From a virus (lineage: Duplodnaviria > Caudoviricetes): DNA of 64,000 nt. The notes beneath the pieces were generated by a model, which saw nothing but the letters and a program-made list of their open reading frames with translations, was not told the origin of the DNA and ran no database searches. A program made the translations under genes and the position numbers. Positions 36,431-46,400 of the stretch are shown piece after piece. How positions within the stretch are numbered: the first letter of the stretch is position 1; each line of letters opens with the position of its first letter. The stretch lies in IMG/VR virus record IMGVR_UViG_2935054407_000001, positions 44,968 through 108,967 of that record. The stretch is one strand, 5' to 3'.

Positions 36431-37422
36431 TGGATTCCGCTTTCTACAACGTTATCGGCTTCCTGCCAGGCGCCGCGCCAGCCGGTCATCTGGTACCACA
36501 GCTCATCCCGATATTCCATGGCTTCGTCCAGCGTGGTGAAAATCGGGTGCGGGGACATGTCGTAGAACCGGTGTGAGTTGTCGATGATCTGGATACGAGA
36601 CAGAGCAGACCCGCCGCGATTGATATCACTGCGAGGAACCGTCCGCAGTCCCTCATAGCAGCAGTAGACGGTGTAACGGCACTCGTCCGGCCTCGGCTTG
36701 GGGATGCAGACAGGTGGTTTATCGCCCGGCTTCTGGTCGGGCATTTGGTCAAAAGGGACCGACTCACCTTCTCCCGTGTGGGGGTGACAGCGGATCAGGT
36801 GAGCGCGCATGTAGCAATGGGCGTCCAGCTCGCGTGTGCTGGCGTTGAGATCGGTCCGGATTCCCATGCTGATCCGCGTTCCCTTGGCCAGCGTCTCGGT
36901 CCAGGTGATGTGCTGGTGCAAGGCGTTTCTGTTGTGAGAGCCTTCCTCCAGCACGTGGCGCACGCCGATGTCGTTGCCGTTGATCTCCAGGCGCAGCGAC
37001 CGGATCGCCTCATAGCGCTGGGTGTCAGAGTTGGTCTGCCAGTCCGCCTTGATCGTGAAGCACCACAGGCCCGATTCGTTCAGCCGGATTCCCGTGCCGG
37101 TGGACATGCCGAACGGATCCTCATCGGCGCGCAGGGTCGGCCGCTGCCAGGCATTTGTGGTGACGTCGAACTCGCGCACGCTGCCCCGGAAAAACGGCAC
37201 ATGCTCTCCACGCGCCACCGACTGAATGCGCGCGGCGACGGTGCCGTGATCAGGAGTCAATCCGCCCGGGTTGTTCGAGGCACGCTGCGGCACAATTCCG
37301 AGCGTGCGCTGAATCGCCTCAACCTCCTCCTGAACGCGGTTCATATGGTCGGCCCACACGACGTCAACGTAATTACGTTTTGTGGACCAGACCGGGATTG
37401 ACTGGGGATAGGACGCGGTCAC
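36415..37422 (-). CDS. Minor tail protein, paralog B
   Basis: ASYP...WSTKR...ADHMNRVQEEVEAIQRTLG; beta-sandwich; Cys/Pro-rich tail. Confidence 0.75.
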   Translation of the reverse strand: MTASYPQSIPVWSTKRNYVDVVWADHMNRVQEEVEAIQRTLGIVPQRASNNPGGLTPDHGTVAARIQSVARGEHVPFFRGSVREFDVTTNAWQRPTLRADEDPFGMSTGTGIRLNESGLWCFTIKADWQTNSDTQRYEAIRSLRLEINGNDIGVRHVLEEGSHNRNALHQHITWTETLAKGTRISMGIRTDLNASTRELDAHCYMRAHLIRCHPHTGEGESVPFDQMPDQKPGDKPPVCIPKPRPDECRYTVYCCYEGLRTVPRSDINRGGSALSRIQIIDNSHRFYDMSPHPIFTTLDEAMEYRDELWYQMTGWRGAWQEADNVVESGIHWPST

Positions 37423-37438
37423 AGGACCCTCTCAATGA

Positions 37439-38383
37439 TTAAGTGCTGGGGAACCCGCTGTCGGGGTCGTACGCGTACATGCCGCCTCCGACCGGAGTGG
37501 CCTCGTACATGACTCCCGGCGGCCTAGGTTCAGACGGAGCCGCGTTTCCGCAGTTGTCGTACGTGTACGAGCGGTTCATGTAGCTGCTGAAGCGCACCGT
37601 GTAGGTTTGCTTGCACTCGTCTTTCGGTGGCGGCTCATAGCTGGTGTGAATGCGGCAGCCGTCATCAGGTGGCGGAGGCGGAGGCGGCGGCGGATCCGGA
37701 TCGAAGTCTGAATTCGGAATGCCCGGCCCGCCCTTGTTGAGGCAGCGCACCAGGTAGCAGCGCAGGTAGACGTTGACCGGCGCGACGGCGCGGTTTACGT
37801 CGGCGAGAATGGCGTGCAGGGCAACGGTGATGTCCGTGCCTTCTACGAGGTTTTCCTGCCAAGTGACCGTGGTCGTCATGCTGTCTCGGTTGCCGTCGGT
37901 CTCCAGCAGCACATCGCGTAACCCGACGTCCTTCGCGTTGATCTCCAACGACAGGATGCGCGAGGTGATCTGCTGCTGGCTTTGGCTGGTGGCGTGCCAG
38001 TCGGCCTTGGCGACGATCACCCAGTAGCCGGTCTGGGGGATGCGGTAGCCGGTGCCGTGTGCGCCGTCGTGGGTGTCCTCGATCGGGTCCAGGCGCGGCC
38101 GGAAGTACTCGTTGGGGACGACCTGGGCGCCGATGTTGCTACCCCGGTAGGTGATCATGGGCTCGGCGCGGGCGGCGGCCAAGATGCGATCGGTGACCGT
38201 GCCGTAGTCCACCGTGCGGTCCGCCGGGTTGTTGGTGGCCTTGTGCGGCATCAGGCCAAGCGTGCGCTCGATCGCCGCAACTTCGTCCTGGACCTGGTTG
38301 AAGTGGGCGGCAAAAATTGGATCTTGAAAATCGCGCTTGGTGCTCCAGCCGCGCAGCGTCGCGGGATAGTTCGCAGGCATCAA
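37439..38383 (-). CDS. Minor tail protein, paralog A
   Basis: ANYP...WSTKR...AAHFNQVQDEVAAIERTLG; same architecture as neighbour. Confidence 0.75.
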   Translation of the reverse strand: MMPANYPATLRGWSTKRDFQDPIFAAHFNQVQDEVAAIERTLGLMPHKATNNPADRTVDYGTVTDRILAAARAEPMITYRGSNIGAQVVPNEYFRPRLDPIEDTHDGAHGTGYRIPQTGYWVIVAKADWHATSQSQQQITSRILSLEINAKDVGLRDVLLETDGNRDSMTTTVTWQENLVEGTDITVALHAILADVNRAVAPVNVYLRCYLVRCLNKGGPGIPNSDFDPDPPPPPPPPPDDGCRIHTSYEPPPKDECKQTYTVRFSSYMNRSYTYDNCGNAAPSEPRPPGVMYEATPVGGGMYAYDPDSGFPST

Positions 38384-39843
38384 GCCACCCCGCCGGTAGT
38401 GGCCATGGTGATGGTGCCGAGCTGGGGCAGTTCGTAGGCGGCCATGACGGCATCGGCCAGCACGGTCTGCGCCGCGTCGTGCCGGGCCAACACGGGGATC
38501 GTGATGTTGACGACGCCAGGGATCGCCGTCAGTGCGCCGTAGACCTCACCGATGGTGATCTTGGAGCCGAAGCCGTTGTCCGGGCTGTTGACCAGCGACG
38601 TGAGGGTGTTGCGGACGCTGGTCTCCACCTGGAAGCGGCGGTAGGTCGGCGCTACGGTGAGCTGCATCGGAGTCGTCACCGACCCAAAATTGATCTTGAT
38701 GATGGTCGGCCCCTGCACGTTGACCCGCACACCCGCTGCGGAGGAGGCGGTGAGCTGGGCCGTCACGGCGTTGATCAGATCCACGCTCGGGGTCGTCCGG
38801 CCGGGACCGGCGATGTAGACCACGACGGAGCTGCTCACGTTGGACACGGCGTTGGCCGCCGAGACGCCCGGCACCGTGAGTGCGATCTTGCTGTAGTCGT
38901 CCAGAGTGATGGCGCGGCCGAAAGCGGCGTAGGCCAGGGAGGCGTTGCGGCGGATCTCCTCGATGTCCTCGCGGTCCCCGCCGCCGGTCATGGCCGTGGA
39001 GATCGGCACACCTGCTGGAGTGGTGGCCAGCGTGACGCCGTCAATCCCGTCGGACATGGTCCAGATGTGGCCCGCGCCCAGGTTGCCGTTGCGCCCCTCG
39101 CCGCTGCGGAAGGTCGCGTACACGCGGGAGCCGAGCGGCGGGATCTCCCCGTTGACGCCGTCGCCGAACAAGAGGCTGACGCTGCCCTCGGGGTCAGGGC
39201 GGATCGTGAAAACCGGGTCGTGGGGTGCGCTGTAGATGAGCCGTGCGACGTAGGTCCACTCCAGGTCCGCATATGGCGCTTCGACGTGGACGCGCACACT
39301 GCCGTCGATCACTCCGCGATTGGGGATCTCGAACTTCTGTAGCTCGGTGCCGTCGCTCACCCCGAGCAGCATCTTCGTCGTGGTGCGGCCCTCGGCCACG
39401 GGTACCACCGCCGTGCCGCCAGCGGCGGGAACAGTGACTTCCTGGGTGGACTCGAAGCGCAAGACGCCGTCGATCGCTTCCAGGTAGCGGCTGCTGAAGG
39501 CCGTGCCCGCAGGCACGACGACGGCCGGGCCGTCGGCATCGGTGATCAAGGTGACGGTGCCGACGGCTGCGACGTTGGAGTGACTGACATACCCCAGCAC
39601 GTCGGCGATGGTCATGACGGCCTGCATCGTGGTGGCTGTCGGCAGGTAGGACTCCGCCAGCAGCCGGTCAATGGAGTAGTTGAGCAGGTCGGCGCTGTGG
39701 CTGAACAGCTCGGCGAGCACCACGCCGAAGTCGGCCTCCGAGCGGCTGGTCCACTCCGGAAGGATGATGTCGGCATGCCGCAGGAGATCGGTCTTGATCT
39801 CCTGGTAGTCGGCGCTGGTGTAGTCGATGGGGACGTCAGCCAC
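38380..39843 (-). CDS. Baseplate J / gp6-like wedge protein
   Basis: IDYTSADY, PEWT....DFG..L.ELF, ESYL.TA, FGDG..G.IP, GG.DRE...IR, RAITL.DY. Confidence 0.92.
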   Translation of the reverse strand: MADVPIDYTSADYQEIKTDLLRHADIILPEWTSRSEADFGVVLAELFSHSADLLNYSIDRLLAESYLPTATTMQAVMTIADVLGYVSHSNVAAVGTVTLITDADGPAVVVPAGTAFSSRYLEAIDGVLRFESTQEVTVPAAGGTAVVPVAEGRTTTKMLLGVSDGTELQKFEIPNRGVIDGSVRVHVEAPYADLEWTYVARLIYSAPHDPVFTIRPDPEGSVSLLFGDGVNGEIPPLGSRVYATFRSGEGRNGNLGAGHIWTMSDGIDGVTLATTPAGVPISTAMTGGGDREDIEEIRRNASLAYAAFGRAITLDDYSKIALTVPGVSAANAVSNVSSSVVVYIAGPGRTTPSVDLINAVTAQLTASSAAGVRVNVQGPTIIKINFGSVTTPMQLTVAPTYRRFQVETSVRNTLTSLVNSPDNGFGSKITIGEVYGALTAIPGVVNITIPVLARHDAAQTVLADAVMAAYELPQLGTITMATTGGVA

Positions 39844-40255
39844 GGAGCCTCTCCCTGATCCGGCCGCGCGAGTCGATCGACGCCGTGTGAATGGAGCGGG
39901 CCAGCCCGTCAGGGGAGTCCGGCGCGTCCGTGCGGGTGTAGCGGATGTCGATGGAGGCGATGCTCATCTGATCCGGCTTGGGGAAAGGCCGGACGTCGTT
40001 GACGATGACGCCGGGCTCCCACATGGCCATCTGGACCTTGGTCCGCTCGGTCAGCTCAGCCGCCACCAGACCGCCGCCGGGCTCAAAGAGATAGTCGAGC
40101 ACCGGCACACCGAACTGCGGCAGCATCACCCGCTCCTCGGGCTCGGTGCCGACCACGGACACGATGCGCTGCACGATCTGTTTGGCCGGATCACGGGTGA
40201 CCGCGATGCCGCCGTCAGCTCCGATCCGAAACGGCAAATCCAGGGCAACGGGCAT
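39836..40255 (-). CDS. Baseplate gp25/GPW-like protein
   Basis: LPFRI, T.P.ERVM.P.FG...YLFE, WEP. Confidence 0.9.
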   Translation of the reverse strand: MPVALDLPFRIGADGGIAVTRDPAKQIVQRIVSVVGTEPEERVMLPQFGVPVLDYLFEPGGGLVAAELTERTKVQMAMWEPGVIVNDVRPFPKPDQMSIASIDIRYTRTDAPDSPDGLARSIHTASIDSRGRIRERLRG

Positions 40256-40494
40256 CAGGACTCCCCGTACTGACCCGCCGGGCTGAAGTAGCTACCGCCT
40301 GCCGGTCTGAAAGACGCCTCCGGCTGGGGAGCGGCATCCGCCGGACGGTACAGCAGCACGAGCGTCTCCAGCTCCCGGATACGCGCCTGCGCGGTCCGCA
40401 GCCGGGCCTCGGTCACCACGGCGCGATCCTCGGCCGCGATACGCGCGGCTCGCTGAGCCTCCGCGTAGTCAGACAAATTCAGCGCGTCGTCCAC
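40255..40494 (-). CDS. Small coiled-coil protein
   Basis: ORF coupled to gp25 gene. Confidence 0.6.
   Translation of the reverse strand: MDDALNLSDYAEAQRAARIAAEDRAVVTEARLRTAQARIRELETLVLLYRPADAAPQPEASFRPAGGSYFSPAGQYGES
40300..40317 (+). repeat. Dispersed 18-bp motif, copy 6 (16/18)
   Basis: TGCCGGTCTGAAAGACGC. Confidence 0.65.
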
Positions 40495-40552
40495 GTTTTC
40501 ACCCGTTCACATCTGGAAATCCGGCTCCTACGAATCCCAGTGTATTTGGGTG

Positions 40553-41278
40553 TTATACGCCTTTTAGAATGTCAATCTCGGCCTGCATTTTTTCGACCCT
40601 TTCGGAGAGCTGGGCGACGGCTCCCCACAGAACACCGAGCATCCCCGCGAGATTCACATGCTGGTCTTGGCGAACCAGATCCGGCAGCATTTCCGCGATG
40701 GGGCCGACGCGCGTGATGACGGGATCGGCGTGTTCTGCGTTGTAGTTCCACAATTTGGCGGGCGCATCTCGGACCACCTGCTCGGGGTCGAAGTCCAGCT
40801 CTCGGATGTTCTCCTTGAGTTCCCGGCTGGAGCCGTAGACGAAATCGGCTGCGACGCAGTTGACATAACCCGCACCGTCCTTGCCCATGCAGTGCACTTC
40901 TCCGCCGGTCAGATTCACCGACGACGAACTTCCAGAGACGATCGCTGGGCTTTTCGGAGCCCGGACCTTCACCGGAGATTCCGGGTGCGTCAGCTCCAGC
41001 AGCTCTTCGTCATTGTGCAGGAACGCGAACTTCTTGACGTCATGCGGGATGAAGTACTGCGGATACCGCAGATCGCTGTGAAGGAACCGGATCCATACCT
41101 TCTCCCCGACTTTCAGTTTGGAGATCGTCATGGAACCCGGATCGGCCCACTCCGAGATGGTCTTGCCCAGCACATCAGGAACCCGTACCTTGATGCGCCG
41201 CTTCTTTTCCGGGTCCTGGGTGGAGACGACGAGCCCCCAGAAATAGCCCTCGTGAACCGGGCGCTTTTCCTCGCTCAC
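40553..41278 (-). CDS. Baseplate spike (gpV/gp5 OB fold) with C-terminal peptidase S74-like chaperone
   Basis: G.VV...DP....RIKVRVP...WA...VG..VW..F...D...P; SSRELKENI...WNY...GPIAE; GGAGG RBS then GTG 41278. Confidence 0.8.
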   Translation of the reverse strand: MSEEKRPVHEGYFWGLVVSTQDPEKKRRIKVRVPDVLGKTISEWADPGSMTISKLKVGEKVWIRFLHSDLRYPQYFIPHDVKKFAFLHNDEELLELTHPESPVKVRAPKSPAIVSGSSSSVNLTGGEVHCMGKDGAGYVNCVAADFVYGSSRELKENIRELDFDPEQVVRDAPAKLWNYNAEHADPVITRVGPIAEMLPDLVRQDQHVNLAGMLGVLWGAVAQLSERVEKMQAEIDILKGV

Positions 41279-42432
41279 AAAATCACCTCCTGCATCGTGC
41301 GTGACCGCCACTTTCCGCCCGCCATCACGGCCGAATCGTCCACCATCGGAGCGCTCTGATCGCGGTAGGTGTAGGTGTCGGGGGCGTTGCGCGCGAGCGT
41401 CACGTGCGAGGTGAAGTCGATCTTCGCCATACCGGCGCTCGGGGCGTTGACCGGAGCGCGCAGGGTGTGCGTGGCGGCTGTGATCACCCACTCACCGGCC
41501 AGCCGCTCGGCGACCGCCGCGCCCTTGAGCTTGATCGGCTGACCGGGCTGGAGGCGCGTGGAGCCCTTGAGCGTGGCCGTGGCCGACAGGTAGTCCTGGC
41601 TGGTGATCTGCGCTCCGTCCAGCGTGTAGTCCAGCTCGTCCTGGCTGTCCAGGCGCGTGTCTGGGATGACCTCCTGGCGGGCCTTGGGGTCACCCTGCGT
41701 ATTGAAGATCTCCCGGCCCGTCTTGAAATCGACACCGTAGGCCGCGTGCTCGATCTTCCGGCCGGTCGGGTCCGGCATGTCGTCGCCGACCCAAGCCCTG
41801 AAGTCGTTGATGTGGTACCACTTGTTGCCGCTTTTGTGGATCTCGAACTCGGGCGCGGTCGCCTTCCTCGCAGCAGCCCATGCGGCAGGATCAACGAAAT
41901 ACAGGGTGCCGTTCTCCACCCAGCAGCGCCGCCCGGAGGCTGCCGCGCGCTCCTGAAGAAAGGCGTAGTCGGTCTTACGGTCCTGGTAGACGTACTTGTG
42001 AACCCGCTTGGTCTTGTGCGCCACGATGGAAAGCTGATGCTTACGCGCGAGTTCCTTGGCAATCGCGCTGTCGGTCATCTCCCGCCAGTCCTTGGTCCGC
42101 GTCACCGAAAGCGCCTGGCCGCTGCCGACGAGCACATAATCCACCTGCACGTTCTGGCGCCGCATCGGAGACTCGGAGACGTAATCGGCGTGGTGGATGT
42201 AGCCGAAGAAGGTGTGCAGGTCGTCCGGCTCCCAGCCCCACCGCACCTCAACCAGGCTGTTCTCCTTATACATTTTCGGCTTGATGACGAACTGGCCGTC
42301 CATCGGATAGTGCAAGGAGATATACATCAAGGTGTGTTCAGAGACCTTCTGCTCCACCCGAACTTCCAGGGCGGGCGGTGAGACCTTCTTTCCGCTGACC
42401 TTGAAATCCAGCAAGGGCTTACGCCAGTACAT
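41275..42432 (-). CDS. Baseplate hub (gpD/VgrG-like)
   Basis: VRWGW...FFGYI, TDSAIAKELA..H.L, Q...TDYAFLQERA...G, G.WVI...TH. Confidence 0.85.
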   Translation of the reverse strand: MYWRKPLLDFKVSGKKVSPPALEVRVEQKVSEHTLMYISLHYPMDGQFVIKPKMYKENSLVEVRWGWEPDDLHTFFGYIHHADYVSESPMRRQNVQVDYVLVGSGQALSVTRTKDWREMTDSAIAKELARKHQLSIVAHKTKRVHKYVYQDRKTDYAFLQERAAASGRRCWVENGTLYFVDPAAWAAARKATAPEFEIHKSGNKWYHINDFRAWVGDDMPDPTGRKIEHAAYGVDFKTGREIFNTQGDPKARQEVIPDTRLDSQDELDYTLDGAQITSQDYLSATATLKGSTRLQPGQPIKLKGAAVAERLAGEWVITAATHTLRAPVNAPSAGMAKIDFTSHVTLARNAPDTYTYRDQSAPMVDDSAVMAGGKWRSRTMQEVIL

Positions 42433-42691
42433 TCGGCAACCTCAGCTTCATGCCAGGAGAAACGGTCATCCAGTCCAGGATCTCAGGATTAGCGTCAGCG
42501 ATCATGTACCACAATCCCGCATCCCCGTAATTGCGGAAGGCGATCAGATCGACCCGGTCCCCTTCCTTGACGATGTACTCGGTAAAACGAAAAGACCACG
42601 CCCTGTTCGGCCGAAGCTCCCGGCCTCGCACCAGTGCTCCGCGCCGCTTGGTGTAGACGCTCCGCATTCCCTCGTACCTGCTCTCGGCCAT
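42419..42691 (-). CDS. LysM/gpX-like baseplate protein
   Basis: YIVKEGDRVDLIAFRNYGDAGLWYMIADANP...G.KLRLP. Confidence 0.88.
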   Translation of the reverse strand: MAESRYEGMRSVYTKRRGALVRGRELRPNRAWSFRFTEYIVKEGDRVDLIAFRNYGDAGLWYMIADANPEILDWMTVSPGMKLRLPNVLA

Positions 42692-43407
42692 CAGTTCGGA
42701 ACCTCCCGCAGCCGCTCCAAGGCGGAGTTGTTCCCGAAGTCGTGCAGCGGATCCGGGTTGTATCCGTCAACGCTGTCACTACTGCCGGGATCGGTGAAAG
42801 AAACGGTGTCGGGAATCAGCGCCACCGACAGCTCAACCGAACATCGAGTGGGCACCATATAGGACGTCCAGTGCTGATACTGCACGGAAAACTCGGTGAT
42901 GTTTCCGAAGTACCTCAGCGAGTTCGATGATGTGCCGAAGTAGAAACGCATCGGCACGAAGACGGGCACGCCCGTCCCGGTCGTACTCAGCGTTGAAGTG
43001 CTGCCTCCGTTGTCGCGATCCGTGCTGAACGCCTGCTTGGTATTCATGCCGACCATGACCTTGAGCTGCTCGATGTCCACGCTGACACCGGCAGCCATTG
43101 CCCCCTGATTGAAGGCTTCCGCCCACCGGTCAAACAGCAAGCTGAAAGACAATGTCTGGTTGGTGACACCTCGAAAAAGACCCTGCGCGGTAGGGTCTAT
43201 ACCGGACGCCATCGCGATGTTGCCCTCGTAGCTCGGATAGTTCACATCAATCACGGACGGGTTGAACAGGAACTTGAGGCCCTGCTTGTCTTGGCCCGGC
43301 ATCGCCTTGTCCTGGACGATGTAGCCACGAGCCACAGTCATTGTCTGGCCGTCCGGCCCGTATGTTGCCTGTAGCGCCGGATCAAAATCTGGGTTGAACT
43401 GAACCAC
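42691..43407 (-). CDS. Tail tube initiator (CIS tube-like)
   Basis: FLFNP, LSFSLLFDR, G.IT...V.Y..W...MVP.R..V. Confidence 0.75.
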   Translation of the reverse strand: MVQFNPDFDPALQATYGPDGQTMTVARGYIVQDKAMPGQDKQGLKFLFNPSVIDVNYPSYEGNIAMASGIDPTAQGLFRGVTNQTLSFSLLFDRWAEAFNQGAMAAGVSVDIEQLKVMVGMNTKQAFSTDRDNGGSTSTLSTTGTGVPVFVPMRFYFGTSSNSLRYFGNITEFSVQYQHWTSYMVPTRCSVELSVALIPDTVSFTDPGSSDSVDGYNPDPLHDFGNNSALERLREVPN

Positions 43408-43409
43408 TT

Positions 43410-46400
43410 CTAGCGTCCCTTCGAGATGCGCTTGGTTCGCTGGAGGCGCTCCAATTCCGAGAAGACCTCGCTTGCCGTCTGCCGGGCGAGAGCGACATTG
43501 GCTCCGGCGCCGACGGTGAGCTGAATCGAGCCCGGCCCGAAGTTGAAGGTCAGCCCCCCACCCCCGCCGCCGCCACCGGCCACGCGGTCAGACAGGGAAT
43601 TCGGGGCCACGGCCTCCTTCAGCAGCGCATCGCGGATCCGCTCGGCCGGGCGGCGCGGCACGACCATCTCCCCCTTGTGCAGCACCGCCTGGTGGCCGTC
43701 CTCGGGGATCTCCCAGGCGCCCTGCTCATACCAGTGGCCTACCTTCCGGCCGCCGATCGGTACGGCGCGCTGCCAGAAATCCAGCGCCTTGGCCGGTGTC
43801 TTGTAGCGGCTCTTGATGTAGCCCAGGCCCCATTCGATCTGTGTGGCGGGGTTGGTGGCCCAGTCCTTACCGGCGCTGGCCATCTTGGATCCGGGGAGCG
43901 CCTGCGGGATGCCGTAGGCGTCGCTGGTCGGGTTGTCGGCCTTGTGGTTCCATCCGCTCTCGCGCTGCCACAGAGCTTCCAGGGCTCGCCACTGCTTGCC
44001 CGTCCAGCCCAGCTCGGCCGCCATCTTCTTGCCGATCTTCTTGTTGCTCTCGGCGGTGCCTGACCCCTTCGGCACGGACGGGATCTTGACGTCGCTGCCT
44101 TCTTTGACGCCCACTTTCTTGGCCTCGGTGAGCGTGGACGGATCGTCACGCGCTTCCTTGATCGCCAACTCGTTCTGCGCCTTCTCGATGTCACTGCTGC
44201 CGGTGCCGCGCGAGCCGAAGAAAGCCTTGATCGCGTCCACCTCTTCGACCGACCCCAGCGAGTTCGCGACGCCGGAGCTGGGCGAGCCGGTGCCCTGAAC
44301 GCTGGTAGAGCCGTCGCCGATGACCTCGGTACCGGACTCGCTGGGGGCCGATACCTCGTTCTTGCGCGGCCCGGCCTCCTCGCGCTGCGGCTGACCATCA
44401 CGCACGTTGGCGCTGGGGACGTCAGTGGGCGACACGCCAGCGCGCGGCCCCTTGAGCCAGCTCTTGATCTTGATCGCGCCCGCGAAAGGATTACGCGTTC
44501 GGACGACCTGAATGTTCTTTCCGGTCTGCGGCGCGTGCACGTAGGCACCCCGGTTGATCAGCATCTTCACGTGGCCACCGCCACTGGTATAGATGAGGTC
44601 TCCGGGCTGTGCCTCCTTCGCCGAGACGTTACGGCCCTTGGCATCGTTCATCTGGCTCCAGGTGTCACGCGGGATCTTGATCCGCGCCCCCTGCCAGTAG
44701 GCGTACTGCACAAGGCTGGAGCAATCGAAGCCCACAGTCTTCGCGCCGCGCCCAGTGCCCAGGGTCGGCCCCTTGACGTTGCCGCCACCCCAGGAGTACG
44801 GCACGCCCACCTTCGACAGCGCCGCATCGATGACGCCTCTCGCCACGTTCGGCGAGCTGCTCGACTCCTTCTTGGCCGAGTTCTTCGACCCCGGCTTCCC
44901 TGATCCGGCCTCCGGCGGCAAAGGCGCGGACGAGGACGCCTCCGTGGCCGTACCACCCGGCGCGAGGATCCCGCCCAGCAACGACTTCGCACCGGACAGG
45001 CCCGGGATGGAGTCCATGATCGACCCACCGATGGACAACCCGTTCTGCACCGAGGGATTGACCGTGGAGACATATCCCGTGAGGCTGACCAACCATTTTC
45101 CGAAAGGCGTTTTGAACAGGTTGTTGAACGCCTTGTTGAACGTGGTCAGATGCTCGGTGGCGGTCTTCATGCCGCCCATGAAGTTCTCGTTCGTGTTCGC
45201 GTCCTTGGCGTTGGTAACCGCCTCGGATCGCTTCAGCGTGTTGATCGTGTCGTCGGCGAGCCCGGCTTTCTTGAGCTTCTCCTGAGCGGCACTGATCTTC
45301 GCCTTGTTGCCGTCAACAGCATCGTCGAGGGTGAGATCGGTCAGTGCCTTCTTGTAGTCGTTCTGGCTCAGGCCGTGCTCGCTGACGGTGACGATGGCAT
45401 CGAGCTGGGCGCGGACATTCGACTTCATCTCCTCGTCCATGCCAGCGGTGTAATTCTCAAAGGACGCGGAAGCGAGCTGACCCGGCTTCATGGACTTCAT
45501 GAATTCCGACATCCCGATTTTCTCACCGCCCCACGGCCCATAGATGGAATCGAGATAGCCGTAGAGGTTGTCGATCGTGCCCTTGTACTTCCCGCCGCCT
45601 GCGTAGGTGTCGCCGATGCCCATCTGCACGCTGCGCCGCTGCGCCTGCGGGGAGCGCATGTACGCCTCAAGGTTGGCGGTGCTCGTCGCCGACGCGTACG
45701 GGTTGGCAGCAGCCAGGCCGGTGAAGTCCCGCCATTGCTGCTGCGCCTGCGGGGAGCCCTGGAAATTGCGGGTGCCGATCAGGTTGCCCATCATCCAGTT
45801 CGAGTTTTGGGCGTCCTGATGGTTGTAGCTCCAAAAGCTGTAGCTGCTGGTCGCGTCCTGGCCGAAGGTCTGCTGCCGGATGGCGTCCCGCCGACGGTTC
45901 GGATCCCCGCCGTAGGCGACCGCAGGCATCTGCCGGGCCGCCCTGGAGGCGTAGGCGTGCATCTCCTGCATCTTGCCGCGCTTGGAGTCGCCGTAGGCGG
46001 CGGCGAAGTCCCACGCGAAGCCCGCCAGGCTACCGATACCGGACGGCAGCCTGACTTCCTGAGCGGTCGGCCGCTGCGTCGGCGGGATGCTGGAGAAGGG
46101 ATTGCCTGGGACCGAGCTGCCGGAGCTGCCCGGGGGTACGCCGCCGTTGTTGTAGCCGCCCCCGCCGGTAGCCGCCATGCCACCACCGCCACTGCCACCG
46201 CTTCCGGCTGGCGGCATGCCGCCGTTGTTGTAGCCGCCCCCTCCCCCGCCTCCGCCGCCACCGCCGTTCGGGGGCTGACTGGAGCCGCCGCCACCGGCTG
46301 CTGCCGCACCGCCGTTGTTGTAGCTGGTGCCGTAGCTCGGCGGCTTGAATCCCGGGGCCATGACGTTGCCCAGGATGTAGCCGCTGCCTGACTGCTGCTG

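Noticed and set aside
36415-38383. Paralogous tail genes as DGR target/template
   Set aside because: No reverse transcriptase and no near-identical repeat differing at adenines in the window
6917-40317. 18-bp motif as CRISPR repeat (with the Cas4-like gene) or canonical parS
   Set aside because: Copies are kilobases apart with no spacer array or cas1/2, and it is not the TGTTTCACGTGAAACA palindrome
40539-40570. TACACT -10-like hexamer before ORF 40255-40494
   Set aside because: The hexamer at N20 is ATTCTA, lacking YTA; not counted among the ten sites
18657-43150. Extra TGAAAGAC cores at 18657 and 43143
   Set aside because: Flanks do not match the 18-bp motif; explainable as Ser-Phe-Ser codons
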